DNA from: Chiloscyllium plagiosum
Taxonomy: Eukaryota
Direction of reading: 5' to 3'
NCBI RefSeq assembly: GCF_004010195.1
Contig: NC_057719.1
Location: forward strand, 66,274,066 to 66,338,065
DNA: 64,000 nt
The notes under the pieces were generated by a model that was given only the letters and a program-made list of their open reading frames with translations, searched no databases and was not told where the DNA came from. The translations under genes and the position numbers were made by a program. Positions 1-13,600 of the stretch are shown here, in pieces. The first letter of the stretch is position 1; every line of letters begins with the position of its first letter.

Positions 1-580
1 GGAGGTCATGTTGCAGCTGTACAGGACATTGGTTAGGCCACTATTGGATTTTTGCGTGCATTTCTAGTCTCCTTCCTATTGGAAAGATGTTGTGAAACTT
101 GAATGGGTTCAGAAAAGATTAACAAGGATGTTGCCAGGGTTGGAGGATTTGAGCTATAGGGAGAGGCTGAACAGGCTGGGGCTGTTTNNNNNNNNNNNNN
201 NNNNNNNNNNNNNNNNNNNNNNGGCATGGATAGGATAAATAGACAAAGTCTTTTCCCTGGGGTCGGGGAGTCCAGAACTAGTGGGCATAGGTTTAGGGTG
301 AGAGGGGAAAGATATAAAAGAGACCTAACGGCCAACCTTTTCACACAGAGGGTGGTACGTGTATGGAACGAGCTGCCAGAGGAAGTGGTGGAGGCTGGTA
401 CAATTGCAACATTTAAAAGGCATTTGGATTGGTATATGAATAGGAAGGGTTTGGAGGGTTATGGGCCGGGTCCTGGCAGGTGGCACTAGACTGGGTTGGG
501 ATATCTGGTCGCATGGACGGGTTGGACCGAATATTTCCATGCTGTACATCTCTAGGACTCTAGGACTCTATGACTCTGTG
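1..580 (+). mobile_element. CR1-clade LINE, 3' end (continues beyond window start)
   Basis: ORF2 C-terminal peptide (…FTQRVVRVWNELPEEVVEAGTIATFKRHLD…) and terminal 8-nt repeats (ctaggact/ctatgact); small N gap inside. Confidence 0.92.
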
Positions 581-811
581 ATGGGAACCTGGATGGCTCT
601 ATATCTTTATCTGGTTTCAACACAGTGTCAGTTTCCCTCAATTTAAAAGGTGAGACTCAAAAAAAAACAAACTTTAGGATTTGTGCATCATTCAACAAAT
701 AATTTCTTCACCCAGTTGCCCCCACACACTCCCTCATTGCACCCAAAACCACAAATTCTGGAATATATAACAAGTGATAAGTCAGCATGAATTGTAGATT
801 TTTCACTCAGG

Positions 812-1556
812 GAGATAGTAGCATAATAGCAATTGGTAATTAAGAGGGCCAAGATAACCCTCTGTGAAACATGGGTTCAATTCCTACCATGGCAGCCAGT
901 AGCAAAACTTCCAATACTTATTTAAAAAGAGATCTGGAATTTAAAGCCAGTTTAATTAATGTTAACCATGAAACTACCATCAATTAGTAAGCAAGCTGGT
1001 TCACTGATGTGTTTTAGAGAAGCAGGCAGTGTTGTCATGACAATATCACTGGACTGGTCATTCAGGGACCACAGATAATGCTCTGGGGACAGGGGCTCAA
1101 ATACCACCACAGTGTAAAGTGAAATTAAAACCTGATACAAAAATAAATTTGAACTAAAAGCTAATCTAATGGTGACTATACTTTGTTGATTATTGTAATT
1201 TTTTTTTAACAAAGCCACAAGGGAAGGAAGTCCATCATCCTTACCCAATCTGAACTACACATGACTCCAGACCCACAACAATGTGGTTGACTCACAGCTG
1301 CCCTCTGAATTATGCCACTCAAGGGCAGTTAGGGATGGGCAACAAATTCCGGCTCAGCAAAGCGCACATCTCATGAACGAGTAACAGAAATATAAAAACT
1401 ACCATTCTTACCTGGCCTAACCTACAGCCTTCAGATCCGTAACAATGGAGCTGCCTCTGAAACAGCCCTTAAGCCATTCAATTCAAGGGTAATCAGGAAA
1501 TGAATAACAATAGATGGCCTTGCCAGTGACACCCATATCCCATGTAAGAATTAAAA
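812..1556 (+). mobile_element. Two nested copies of an old tRNA-derived SINE (SacSINE1/DeuSINE-like)
   Basis: Outer copy ~812-1022 resumes at ~1395-1556; inner copy ~1025-1395. Both have B-box-like ggttcaattc/ggctcaaatac heads and matching 3' blocks (ctgcc-tctgaa…tcaaggg…catc-catg). Confidence 0.65.
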
Positions 1557-3145
1557 CAGAGCTTCTGAGATTAAGTTACTGAAGATGGCTGTGTTGAGTA
1601 AACTTTATATCTGACCCAAGTCACTGCTGGTAACTTAATGCCTTGTCAAATTAGCTTGTTGGAAACATGACAGCAAGAGAACATCCTTAAAAGGTAACTT
1701 GGATGTGTTTCAGCAAAGGTCAATTTTATATTTTTCTAATTTTTGAAGGCAAAATCTCTCCACTGACAGCTATTCAGAAGCGTCCTATTCAAATGTATCT
1801 CCAACAAAAGCAACAATAAGTAATTAGATGTACATCTGTTTTGTTTTTACAAATTCTCAATGAGGTGGTATTTGTTAATAGGTTTTGTACTGAAGTTAGT
1901 ATTTCATACAGCATTGATCTGGTTACTTCCAGGAACATGAACTCAACCAGAGAAGCTTTTAATTACAGTTAGTGCAAATTGCTGTAAGGAGAATGGTTCC
2001 AGACTCACCATCACAACATTCATTTAAAAAGAGGACAGATCCACTCTATTGATCTGCCAGTTGTCAGCACATTAGAGTTGATAGCTTCTTCTAGTTATTG
2101 ACTGATGATCTATGATGCCTTTTCTGTGAACTCATTCGCATGCTTGGTCAGCACTCAAACCAATCCAATTCTTCTTTTCTAAAATTGCCCTTCTTTTTTC
2201 CCCTACTCATTACTTAAAAATAGTCATTGCAGAATTAAAATGATCTCTTTATAATGATGTCACATAACAGCCCAACCTATTCGATTGCATTTCAGAAGGG
2301 GTTGACCAAGAACTATTCATTGCCCTCATCTCTCTGAAACTGGCTGCAATGTAACGATTCAGACGTGCCTCAATTAGCGTGAAAACTCTGAAATTGCATT
2401 CTGCATTAGGTTCCCTTGCCTCAGAAAAAGCCATAGGGAAATCAGCAAGTATTCCAACTTCCCCATACAATGTTATATCTTGTTCAAGCATTATAACTCA
2501 TGTTTTAATGTTGACGTGAGTAAGAGAACTTAATGAACACAACCACTTGACCTGAAAAAATAGCCTGGGTAATTGCAGAGAATTTTAAAATCCAATAATT
2601 TGTCATTTCCAAATATAATAATTTAAAATAATATTTCCTATAACTTTGTTCCACATCAGGCTTTCTACTGAGCCCTTGGAGCCCTTTTTGATATTTTGAA
2701 CTTTGACTTATGGAAAAATGTGGGGTCAAACTATTCACAAAAGGAAGAAATAAGAAAACTTAATTTAAAAAAATGCAAATTCTGAAATTGGGCAGATATT
2801 TTACATGATAAGATCCTTATTCTCCAAATGTTTTCTGTATTTAATGTGGTTTAAGCTTCAGCAATGAATTAAGATAATGTGTGTAAATACTTGGTGCTTG
2901 TCTAAGTAGGATAAAGAAAGATAATAGAAATAAGACTTGGAATGAATTAATACTAAACTGAAGTTTTATCTGCATGATTTAGCATACTTAGTTGCCTGTA
3001 TAAACTTGGATAATACAGAAATTCAAATTACAGAGTGCATTTTAACACACATAGCTTTTAACAAACTGTACTTTGGAAAACATGTCCTCATTGAAAAGTA
3101 ACAGATTGAAACATGTGTTTTGAAATCTTGAATTTAAAACAGTAC

Positions 3146-3265
3146 CTTAGCTTCTGAAGTGGGCTCAAGAAAGCACAAACGACTGCCAAATCCTTCCGCT
3201 GAAAGGCAAAATTTACGTTGTTCCTTTTGAATGGTTGCAGTAGACTGAAGTACAACTTCATCATC
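3146..3265 (-). CDS. RYR3: Ryanodine receptor (RYR3-like), exon 2 (120 nt, phase 0-0)
   Basis: ctgtttccttttcatag|GATGAT...GCTAAG|gtactg translates to [40 protein letters not shown], in frame with exon 1. KEQRKFCL and EPTSEAK are RYR3-type (RYR1 has KEQLKLCL/EPTSNAQ; RYR2 has KEQQKLCL/ESTSNSK). Confidence 0.95.
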
Positions 3266-6200
3266 CTATGAAAAGGAAACAGAGCCTGGTAAGAACAGCT
3301 CTTAATTTAGCTAACATTTTGATTGACAAGTGTTTGAACTACACGCAAGAAATCATTTGCAACGTAGCCCTCAATAACTTTCTGAACAGCCATATAAGAT
3401 GCCCTCAAATAAACCTTTTTATTGGTTTTGCATCATATGTAACCAAAATAATGAGGCTGGAAAATGATACAAAGTAAGCGATATTCCAATATAGGTTTTT
3501 TAGGATACTATCCTACATATTTGAGCATTACGAGTCCAAGCTGATTGCTCTACAGTTCAGGTATAGAATTTCATTTCAGTAATTAAACTAAATATAATGC
3601 ATCATTAATGCCATTCGGTTTTTTTTTCTATGAAAATCAATTGCAACTCTAATCTTCAACACCCTCAGTTGTTCTCAAGGGATCTCCTCATTTCCTCCTA
3701 CAGTCATCATCTGAACCATTGCTGAAAGGGAGACTGATTGGGCAATAATCAGTCAGTCAAAATTACTCCTTAGGTTTTTATACCTGAGTGTTTGAATGGT
3801 TCACTAAAGCAAATAACTTTTTTTCTTTTTTTGAGGACTGGCTTCTTTTAAAAAATACGAATTTCAAAAGGATAATAACTGGTGAGATTGTTGCGTATTT
3901 GCCATATCATTTTGCGCTATATTTATCATCTGCAACATAATCTGATGACCGAACAAAGAACTTTCCCAAAACTTCTCCGTTTATCTTCTTTACGCCATTT
4001 AATATTTTGTATGTCTAAATAATTTACTTTCAGACTCAATAACTTCAAGTTTTGCAATAGCTCCCCTTGCACTTGGCACTATTTTTGTTCACCTTTGTGT
4101 AATATTTTGGGCTGCACTTTTAATTGTGAAAACCAAGTCAATGATAATTACAGATTGACTTTTGAGAGAGTCAATATAAAAGATTACTGGTCATTATTAG
4201 TTACAAAGACCCCTTCCAATATAAATATGTTTTCATAAGCATTAAAGTTTATCAGAAAGTAAAACAGAAATAATACTTAATAAAAGCAGTAATTTTTCAG
4301 TTCAGGACACCAGTTCAAGACACTGATTGACTAAGCACAGGTCTCTTGTTCTGTTCTGCAAGCTGAACTTCTCCTGTATTCAGTCTTCCTATCTTGTGCA
4401 CTGAACCACTTAAACTTCAGGCCTATTAGTTCTTATTAGTCATTACATCCCAATGTTTAATTGGTCTTAGTAGTGCACGAACAGTGCATGAAAAATCCAC
4501 AGTTAATTTTAGAATGGCTAATAATATTTGCCCTATTAGTGATTGATTTCTTTAAAAAAATGGTCATCTTAGAGGAATCACTTCCTACTGTCCTGTGATT
4601 CTTTTGACAGGCCAATCATTTTGTAAGATCATGCCTTTTGTTAACAGCTGGCTTCTCTTAGCTTACCAACTCCACAGATCTTTACCAAGATTAGGTGGCA
4701 CCAGTGAAGCCATTCGTGTGTCTGTCTGGAAGTGTGTAGCCTCATCTTCCAGTAATTTAATGTTGTTCCAACTGATACATTTTAAAAAGGTCAGAATAGC
4801 TAAACGACTCACTACAGAACCTAATTCCAAAGTAATATGCAGTGTGTACACCAGTAAGCTGTTAAATTCTTTAAATTACAAAGCCGAACCAATTCAAAAC
4901 ATAGCTGTGTCTTTGAGTAAATACAATGACTTCATACTGTGGTGATGAATACTCCAAATGTTAGGGTGTAACTAAGAATAATTTGTGCAGCCCTATGCTC
5001 CAGTTTTCTATAACAACTGCAAATTCTGAGTTGACATCTAGCTTGTTAAACAAGCAATTTAACCATATTTGAACAGAAAGAACAAAAACATTTCATTGCA
5101 ACTGAAATCTTATTTTAAGTGACTGAACAGCAACATTGTTTTAATTTATGCAATAAACAAGACATTGATGTATTTTTGTATTTTTTTATAAATAAAGCTT
5201 GTGAAACCCATGGATTTGTTTTTGTTACAGAAACTTTTCACAGCACTGCATCTCTATATCAGCCCAAGAGGCATTTTTAAAAAAAATTAACACAACAAAA
5301 TAGGGAATACTTGGACTAATGATGCAGTAAAGGGTTTCACCTATTGAAATGTTTTATTACAGTTGGGTCCTGAAATTTTGAATAGGTACCTAGACCTTTA
5401 TTGATATTAGAAAACTCTTTTATATGCAAAAAATGATAAAAGTGTGGAATTGTTTCCACATCAGACAATTGATACTCAGACCCAAGGATCAAGAAGTAGT
5501 CTAAACATGGTAGCTGTCCTGCCTGATCTACACCAGCTCTTTTTACATCATATGGCTTTATGTTTAATCGTGCCATATTCCCTCTTAAAACTCTGACTGA
5601 AATTCAATATCTCATGCAATGAAACCCTGACTGTGTAGTGAGTTTAACTCAATATTTTTCAAAGTGTAAAATTCTCACAAACTCCTTACAATCGTCAAGG
5701 AGACATCAGTATGCCAAGTAACATCTATCCATCAATAAATTGCCCACTATCTCTCAGTTTGTCAGAACCACTCAACGCTAGACATTGAAATAGTTTTCAC
5801 TGAGAAATAGTCAGAAAGACTGCTCACCAAAGAAGCAAGAGTAAAGCTACTAATATCAATGCAGCTTTTAACAGAGCTTAGCCCAAAGATCTTGAGAGAT
5901 TAGGAAGACAGTGGGGGTTAAAAGATAACTTCCCAGTGGCTAAAGTCATAAATAATCCAAAGTATTATTTCTGCAGTTGGTGCCATAAAGATCCAAAAGA
6001 ATGATCATCCCTAAAGTATTGTTGCAGAAATTCAAGGGAGTATTACCTTTAGCAATGCTATCATTGACAATCCTGCTACCATAATGTCAGGTGTGGATTT
6101 ATAATTCATACAGCTACAATTGCAAAGTTCACAATCTTCATTTATATCCCCTTCTTTGATAACAAAATTTATGCCAGCCACCACTGGGCCTAGACACTAT

Positions 6201-6292
6201 CTTGTTTTGCCTTGTAAATGTAGGGAACATTTATGCCACTTGAGTGTTAGGCAATGACCACATAATCGCTGTATCAGAGAGCACTCATTAGG

Positions 6293-6900
6293 AGGAGAAA
6301 GTGAGGACTGCAGATGCTGGAGATCAGAGCTGAAAATGTGTTGCTGGAAAAGCGCAGCAGGTCAGGCAGCATCCAAGGAACAGGAGAATTGACGTTTCGG
6401 GCATAAGCCCTTCTTCAGGAATGAGGAAAGTGTGTCCAGCAGGCTAAGATAAAAGGTAGGGAGGAGGGACTTGGGGAGGGGCGTTGGAAATGTGATAGGT
6501 GGAAGGAGTCAAGGTGAGGGTGATAGGCCGGAGTGGGGTGGGGGCGGAGAGGTCAGGAAGAAGATTGCAGTTTAGGAAGGCGGTGCTGAGTTCGAGGGAT
6601 TTGACTGAGACAAGGTGGGGGGAGGGGAAATGAGGAAACTGGAGAAATCGGAGTTCATCCCTTGTGGTTGGAGGGTTCCTAGGCGGAAGATGAGACGCTC
6701 TTCCTCCAGCCATCGTGTTGCTATGGTCTGGCGATGGAGGAGTCCAAGGACCTGCATGTCCTTGGTGGAGTGAGAGGGGGAGTTGAAGTGTTAAGCCACA
6801 GGGTGGTTGGGTTGGTTGGTCCGGGTGTTCCAGAGGTGTTCTCTGAAACGTTCCGCAAGTAGGCGGCCTGTCTCCCGAATATAGAGGAGCCACATCGGGT
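6293..6900 (-). mobile_element. Penelope-like element, 5'-truncated (GIY-YIG C-terminus plus terminal repeat with hammerhead motif)
   Basis: Minus-strand peptide LYIxETGRLLAERFREH…HFNSPSH…MQVLGL…EEERLIFRLGTLQPQGMN; 12-bp TSD GCACTCATTAGG at 6281-6292 and 6901-6912. Confidence 0.9.
6387..6423 (-). ncRNA. Minimal type-I hammerhead ribozyme-like motif in Penelope terminal repeat
   Basis: Minus strand: CTGAAGA-A-GGGC-TTAT-GCCC-GAAA-CGTC. Core boxes, a 4-bp helix II and a palindromic ACGT in place of helix III; helix I is weak. Confidence 0.6.
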
Positions 6901-7158
6901 GCACTCATTAGGGGCTATTTTGCCCATTATGCTCACATCATTTCACTACTCTTCCCTCTTAACTCTATGAGTACCAAACACTTGCAACTGATAGTTGGGA
7001 TAGTTTGCCACACATCCTCTTTCAATGTTGAGTCTAAAAGCTTGTTTAATAATCAATGACAGAGGAACCATTACTGATGAGTCTTAACAAAAACATGCAC
7101 TTGACTTGCTAGTGTGACATTTTATACATGATAGCAATAGGTATACTTCACTTTAAGT

Positions 7159-7271
7159 TACACAACACCAGGTTACAGCCCAATGAAGTTTTTTTGAAAT
7201 CACAAGCTTTCGGAACGTAGCCCCTTCATCACGTGTAGTTTACCCCAGTCCAACCCCGCACCTCCAAATCA
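7159..7271. mobile_element. Short rearranged terminal fragment of a second Penelope-like family
   Basis: 11-bp TSD TCACTTTAAGT (7148-7158, 7272-7282). The left part is the inverse of the tail seen at 35935-36019; the right part matches 18858-18890. Confidence 0.7.
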
Positions 7272-8559
7272 TCACTTTAAGTAATTAGATATGATTACAA
7301 CTATAAAAAGGAACCAGGTCTGCCATAGCTGTCTCCATCAAGACATCATGCAATACTGTTTTTCTATCCAAAGAATGTATGCTGCCAACAGATTGGTGGA
7401 GCTAATGCACCTTCAATCTTAACTCTTTCACCTCTATTATGCTATATAACAGCACTGTATTATTTTTCTTTTTCAAGCATATACATGACCGAACTGGATT
7501 TCCACCATCATGTCAGACATTACATTCCAGGTAAATCAAAACTCCCCTCTGATTCTTCTGCTGATTCTCTTACCATCTCTAACAAAGGAAGCCACTCATC
7601 AACATTCTAGAGATCACCACTAACCCAAAGTTACAATGGATCAGCCATACCAATCTAGAGACAAAAAATAAAAATCTCAACATTACATAATTAGTGCATC
7701 TGACCTCTCAAAACCTCTCCGATAATAAGTTAGTCAAGTAATGGAATGCTCACAACTTGCCTGAATTGATTCAGCCATTACACGTTCGTTCAGGATAGAG
7801 CATTCTATTAGATTCAGTGCATACCATGAAGCTGAATTTCCTCCCACTTCTATCAGTGCACTATAGTAGCAGTATATAATGCAGCAGTATATTACTACAG
7901 CAATTCACCAAATATTTGCTTCAACTATACTTTCCAGCTGGACTTCATCTACCTCATAGAAGGACAAAATTAGCAAGATCATAGAAATACTATTAACTTC
8001 AATTTTTCCTTTGGTGTGCTATTTGGATAAATATTACTTTATTTTGTCACTGGATTAAAATCCTGGAATTCCATTGCAAACATCCTCTTGCTGCAAGGGT
8101 CAGAGCAATGTCAGCTTCACAGAGCAAGGGCAACAAAACCAGCTTTGCTAGTGTCACAGTCAAAAAACAAAAATAAAAACTTGCAGCCCTTACAGTAGTG
8201 GCAAATTGGGAAACTGAACTTGTGGAATCAAACAACTCCTAGCACCTGACTAGTACGCAGCAGTTCCATTACATATTAAGGGAACAGGTATCCTTCCCTT
8301 ACACGTGAGTCCACACTATGTAAGCTCTCACAACTCTGTTCAAATTAAGTTACTTTAATTTAATAACAGGCATCACAGATAATCACAGCTTTTACCCACA
8401 TACCGATAACAAATAAAACTTGACATGTAATGTTAATTACATCTTAAACATATCACACTGAATTCTAAAGGGATATAAATTCCCAGAAAAGGGAGAAACC
8501 TGAACAAGAGACATACAAAAAAGATTGCCAAACCTATTGCTTTCTTTCAGAAGCACTCC

Positions 8560-9580
8560 TAGTCCATTTGGTGTGATCAAAGTATCACCTTGGATATCAC
8601 TGCAGTTACAAGAAATAGGATGGACATCGTGCTCAGAAATTAGGGACACTCTCATTGAAATATATACAATTTTTATACAGTTTGACAGGGGAGATGCAGA
8701 GAGGTTGTTTTCCTAGGTTGGAGAATTGACCATTAGGAAAATAGTCTCAGAATTCATGATTAACTATTTAATATGGAGATGTGCAAAAATTCTTCAGTTA
8801 GAGGCTTAAATTTTTTTTGTTCCTTTTTCATGGGATGTGGGAATTGCTGGTGAGGCCAGCACTTATTGTTTGTTCCCAGTTACTGTCAAGAAGATAGTGA
8901 GCTGCTTACTTGAACAGCTACAATTGACTTGATCTTCCAAGTCAGGATACTTAATAGTTTGGAGGCGAACTTGCAGGTGGTGGTGTTCCCCATGTATCTG
9001 CAGCCCTTTCCTTCTAGTGATAGTGGTTATGGGTTTAACAAGCACTGTCTCTAAGGAGCCTCAGTAAACATCTACAGTGCAGATTGTAGGTAGTATATAC
9101 CGCTGTTACTACTGTGTGCCAGTGGTGGATGGCATGAATGCGGTGTCAGTCAACATGGATGTTTTCTCATGGATGGTGTCAAGCTTCTTGAGTGTTGTTG
9201 GAGCTGCACGCAATCATGCGTGTGGGGGAATATTCCATCACACTCCTGACTTGTGCCTTGCAGATGGTGACAGGTTTTTCAAAGTCAGGAGGCGAGTTGC
9301 TCATTGAAGGTTCCTAGCATCTGGCCTACTCTCGTACCCATTGTATTTAGATGGTGATTCTCATTCAGTTTCTGGTCAAGATGGCTTTGAAATTCTCTGT
9401 TCCTGGATCAGTGAACCATCATCTTCAGTATACCCAAGACTGGGATATTTAGGTATTAAGAGAATCAATGAATATGGGAGATCAGGCAGGAAGAAATCAA
9501 AGTGAAAGCTCAGCTATGATTTTATTGAATGACAGAGAAGACAGAAGGATCCTTGTGGCCTTCCCTTTATCCTATTTCTC
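8560..9580. mobile_element. Old CR1 3' fragment (+) interrupted by a minus-strand LINE 3' fragment (~8815-9380)
   Basis: CR1-like RDTLIEIY…AERLF at 8640-8715, resuming ~9385 (gaaattctct…gatatttaggtattaag). The insert resembles 48030-48390 and 51810-52075. Confidence 0.55.
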
Positions 9581-10691
9581 ATGGTTTTAACACCAACAAA
9601 TTGTCTTTTAAACATGGAAAATTATTTCTCTTAAGTCCCACCTGATTGAATTTGTAAACGTTATGTTGAACGAATGAACTTTTACGAAAGCTGAACACTG
9701 CAGAAGCTGGAAATCTGAAATAAAAATACAATATGCTGGAAACACTCAACATGTCAGGAAACGTGAGACCACTCTTGGAATACTGCATACAATTTTAGTC
9801 CCTTCCTAGAGAAGGAATATAATTCCAATGAAGGCAGTTCAGAGTTGGTTCATTAGATTGATTCCAGAGATGAAAGGTTTGTCTTATGAAGACAGATTCA
9901 CCAGTTTAGGCCTATACTCTCTGGAGTTCAGAAGAATGAGTGGAGATCTAAGGGATGTGTATAAGATGCTAAAGGGGCTTGACAAAGAAGATGGACACAG
10001 GATATTAGAAAGGATGTCCTGCATCTGGATCCCTCTCTCTAGCCGTTTACAGCCGAGGTTTCTCTGCTCCTGTGCACACCTCGCCCTTCCCAACCAGCAC
10101 CACCAATTCCACCCTCTGTCTTTCTTTGAGCTGACTGCATTCAGAGCTCTCAGATCCAGTCCTTACTTTGTAACCACATCTACTGACAAGGATGGAACTG
10201 CTGTTGTCTGCGAACTGGGTTCTATATTATGGAGGCTGAACTCCAGCTCTAATACCTCTTCCTGTCCCCCTAGACCATGATCGACCATGGCTGTGTCCAC
10301 AGTGCTCCAGCAAAGCTTAGCGCAAGCAGAATGAACAACATCTCATTTTCCACTTGGGGACCCTGCAGTCTTCAGAACTCAATATTAAGTTCAATAGTTT
10401 TAGGGCCTGAGCACCTTCTGCCATGTCTTTACCCTAACCCCAAACACCAGGCCTTGTCATCACATAGACTCTTATCACACCTAAGGCATTGTAATTGCCC
10501 CAATAGCAGCTATTCAAATTCCCAAGATGACCTTGCCTGTCCAACTGTTTTTCAGTCTCTCTGGGTTCCATCTCCACCTATCGTTTAGTCCTCCCCAATT
10601 CTCCACCCCACCTTCAGCACAAATACTACTTTTTCCTAGCAAAGGAAGGATTACTGGACCAGAAACGTAACCCTGCCTTCTTTCCACAGAT

Positions 10692-13600
10692 CTACAATAG
10701 TGAGTAGAGTTTTGTTTTAATTTATGTGTTGCTATTGATATCTGTCTCTTGATTAAGCTTTAAAAATATAAAAACATAGTTACACAGCTAGCCTGATGCA
10801 GTGTTTTTACAGCAGTAAAGCTTGCTACTTTCATGTCTGTAGATTTTTAAGGTACAGAGATAGCCTTTAGTAGAGTGGTGTGCTCTTCCCATTGGATGTG
10901 GGAGATTAGGGAGAGTTTCAATGTTACTGATGATTGTGTCTATAGGAAGTGTGTTTCATCGCGAATCCTATCGGATCGTAGTTTGAGGAGCGGAGTTGGA
11001 GCGGCAGTTCGAGGCAATGAGGAATGTACAGGAACTACAGGGTGTGATGGACGGCAGCTGCAGGGAGTGAGATAAAGCGAAGATACAGTCAGGTAGATGG
11101 ATGACCACCAGGAAAAGGTAGGAGAGAGAGATAGGTAGTGCAGGAGTCTCCTGTGGCTGGCCCCATCTCAAACAAGTATGCTATTTTGGAAAATGTAGGG
11201 GGTGATGGACTCTCAGGGGAATGCAGCGCTGACAGCCAGGTTTCTGGTACTGAGACTGGCTCTACATTAGGTACACAATCAATTATGGTAAGGGACTCTC
11301 TAGTCAGAGGCACAGACAAACGTTTCTGCAGCTGACAGTGAGACGTCAGATTGGTGTGTTACCTTCCTGGAACCAGGATCAAAGATATATCAGAGAGAGT
11401 GCAGAATATTGTCAAAGGGGAGAGGGACCATTGGCACTAACGACATAGGAGGAGAAAAGGATGTGATTCTGAGAAGAGAATATAGAAAGTTAGGCAAGAA
11501 TTTTAAAAGGAAGTCCTCGAGGGTAGTAATATCTGGATTACTCCCATTGCCATAAGGGAGTGAGGGTAGGAATAGGAGGATAGAACAGATGAATTCATGG
11601 CTGAGGAGCTGGTGCAGGGGAGTAGGTTTCACAGTTTTGGATCACTGGAATTTCTTTTGGGGTAGATGAGACCTGTATAAGAAGGAAGGATTGCATCTGC
11701 ACCAGAAGGGGACTAATATACTGTGGGGAGATTTGCAAGAGCTGCTTGGAAGGATTTAAATTAGTAAGGTGTTGGGGGGTAGGACCCAGGGAGATAATCA
11801 GGAAAGAGATCAGTCTCAGATGGGAAAAGAAGCAAGTCAAACAGGCAGGGCAGACAGGAACAAAGTAGAGAAGGCAATAGGACTGATAAATTAAAGAGCA
11901 ATTATTTCAAAACAAGAGGCCGAACAGGTAAGGCTGATTAAGATTAGATTAGATTACATTACAGTGTGGAAATAGGCCCTTCGGCCCAACAAGTCCACAC
12001 CGACCCGCCGAAGCGTAACCCACCCATACCCCTACATTTACCCCTTCACCTAACACTACGGGCAATTTAGCATGGCCAATTCACCTGACCTGCCACATCT
12101 TTGGACTGTGGGAGGAAACCGGACCACCTGGAGGAAACCCACGCAGACACGGGGAGAACTTGCAAACTCTACACAGTCAGTCGCCTGAGGCGGGAATTGA
12201 ACCCGGGTCTCTGGCGCTGTGAGGCAGCAGTGCTAACCACTGTGCCACCATGCCGCCCAGGTCATGGTTAGGAACATGGGGCTGGGATATCATAGCAATA
12301 CAGAGACATGGCTCAGGGATGGACAGGACTGGCAGCTTAATGTTAAAGGATATACATGCTATAGGAAGGATAGAAAGGGGGGAAAGAGAGGAGGTGGAAT
12401 GGCATTTTTGATTAAGGATAACATTACAGCTGTATTTAGGAAGGACATCCCTGGAAATACATCCAGGGAAGTCATTTGGGTGGAAATGAGAAATACGAAA
12501 GGAATGATCACCTTACTGGCATTGTACTACCACTCAATTGAGAGTCCCCAGCAGTTAGCAGGAAATTGAGAAAAACATTTCTAGGGAGACCTCAGTTATC
12601 TGTAAGAATAATAGTGTGATTATGGAAGGGGATTTTAACTTTCCAAACATACACTTGGGGACTTCCATAGTTTTAAGGGCTTGGATGGAGAGGAATTTGT
12701 TAAGTGTGTACAAGAAAAATTTCTGATTAAGTATGTGGATCTACCTATTGGGAAGGTCCCAAACTTGACCTACTCTTGGGGACAGTGACCATAATTCTAT
12801 TAATTTTAAAATAGTGATGGAAAAGAATAGATCGAATCTAAAAGCTAAAGTTCTAAATTGGAGGAAGGCCAATTTTCAAGGTATTAGGCAAGAACTTTCA
12901 AAAATTGATTGAGGGCAGATTTTCACAGATAAAGGGATGGCTGAAAAATGGGATGCCTTCAAAAATGACATGAGAGTCCAGAGACAGTATGTTCCTGTTA
13001 GGGTGAAAGGAAAGGCTGGTAGGTGTAGGGAATGCTGAATGATGAAGAGAAATTAAGGTATAGACAGCAGAGATCGAGTGAATCGCCAGAAGAGTATAAA
13101 GGCAATAGGAGTATACTTGAGAATGAAATTAGGACAGCAAAAAGGGGAGATGAAATAGTTTTGGCAAATACTGTTAAGGGGCCCTAGAATCCAAAGGGAT
13201 TCTATAAATATATTAAGGACAAAAGGGTAACTAGGGAGAGAATAGGGCCCCTCAAAGATCAGCAAGCCAACCTATGTATGGAACTGCAGGAGATGGGGGA
13301 GATACAAAATGAGTATTTTCCATCAGTGTTTACTGTAGAGAAGGACATGGAAGATAGAGAACGTGGGGAAATAAATAGCGACATCTTGACAAACGTCCAT
13401 ATTACAAAGAAGGAAGTGCTGAATATCTTAAAACACAAAAAGGTGGATAAATCCCCAGGACCTGATCAGGTGCACCCTAGAACTCTGTGGGAAGCTAGGG
13501 AAGTAATTGCTATGGACTTTGCGGAGATATTTATATCATCAACAGTCACAGGTGAGGTGCCAGAAGACTGGAGATTGGCTAACCTGGTGCCACTATTTAA

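Noticed and set aside
11936..12258. tRNA genes at SINE heads
   Set aside because: The A/B boxes belong to HE1 SINE heads that continue into the SINE core and tail.
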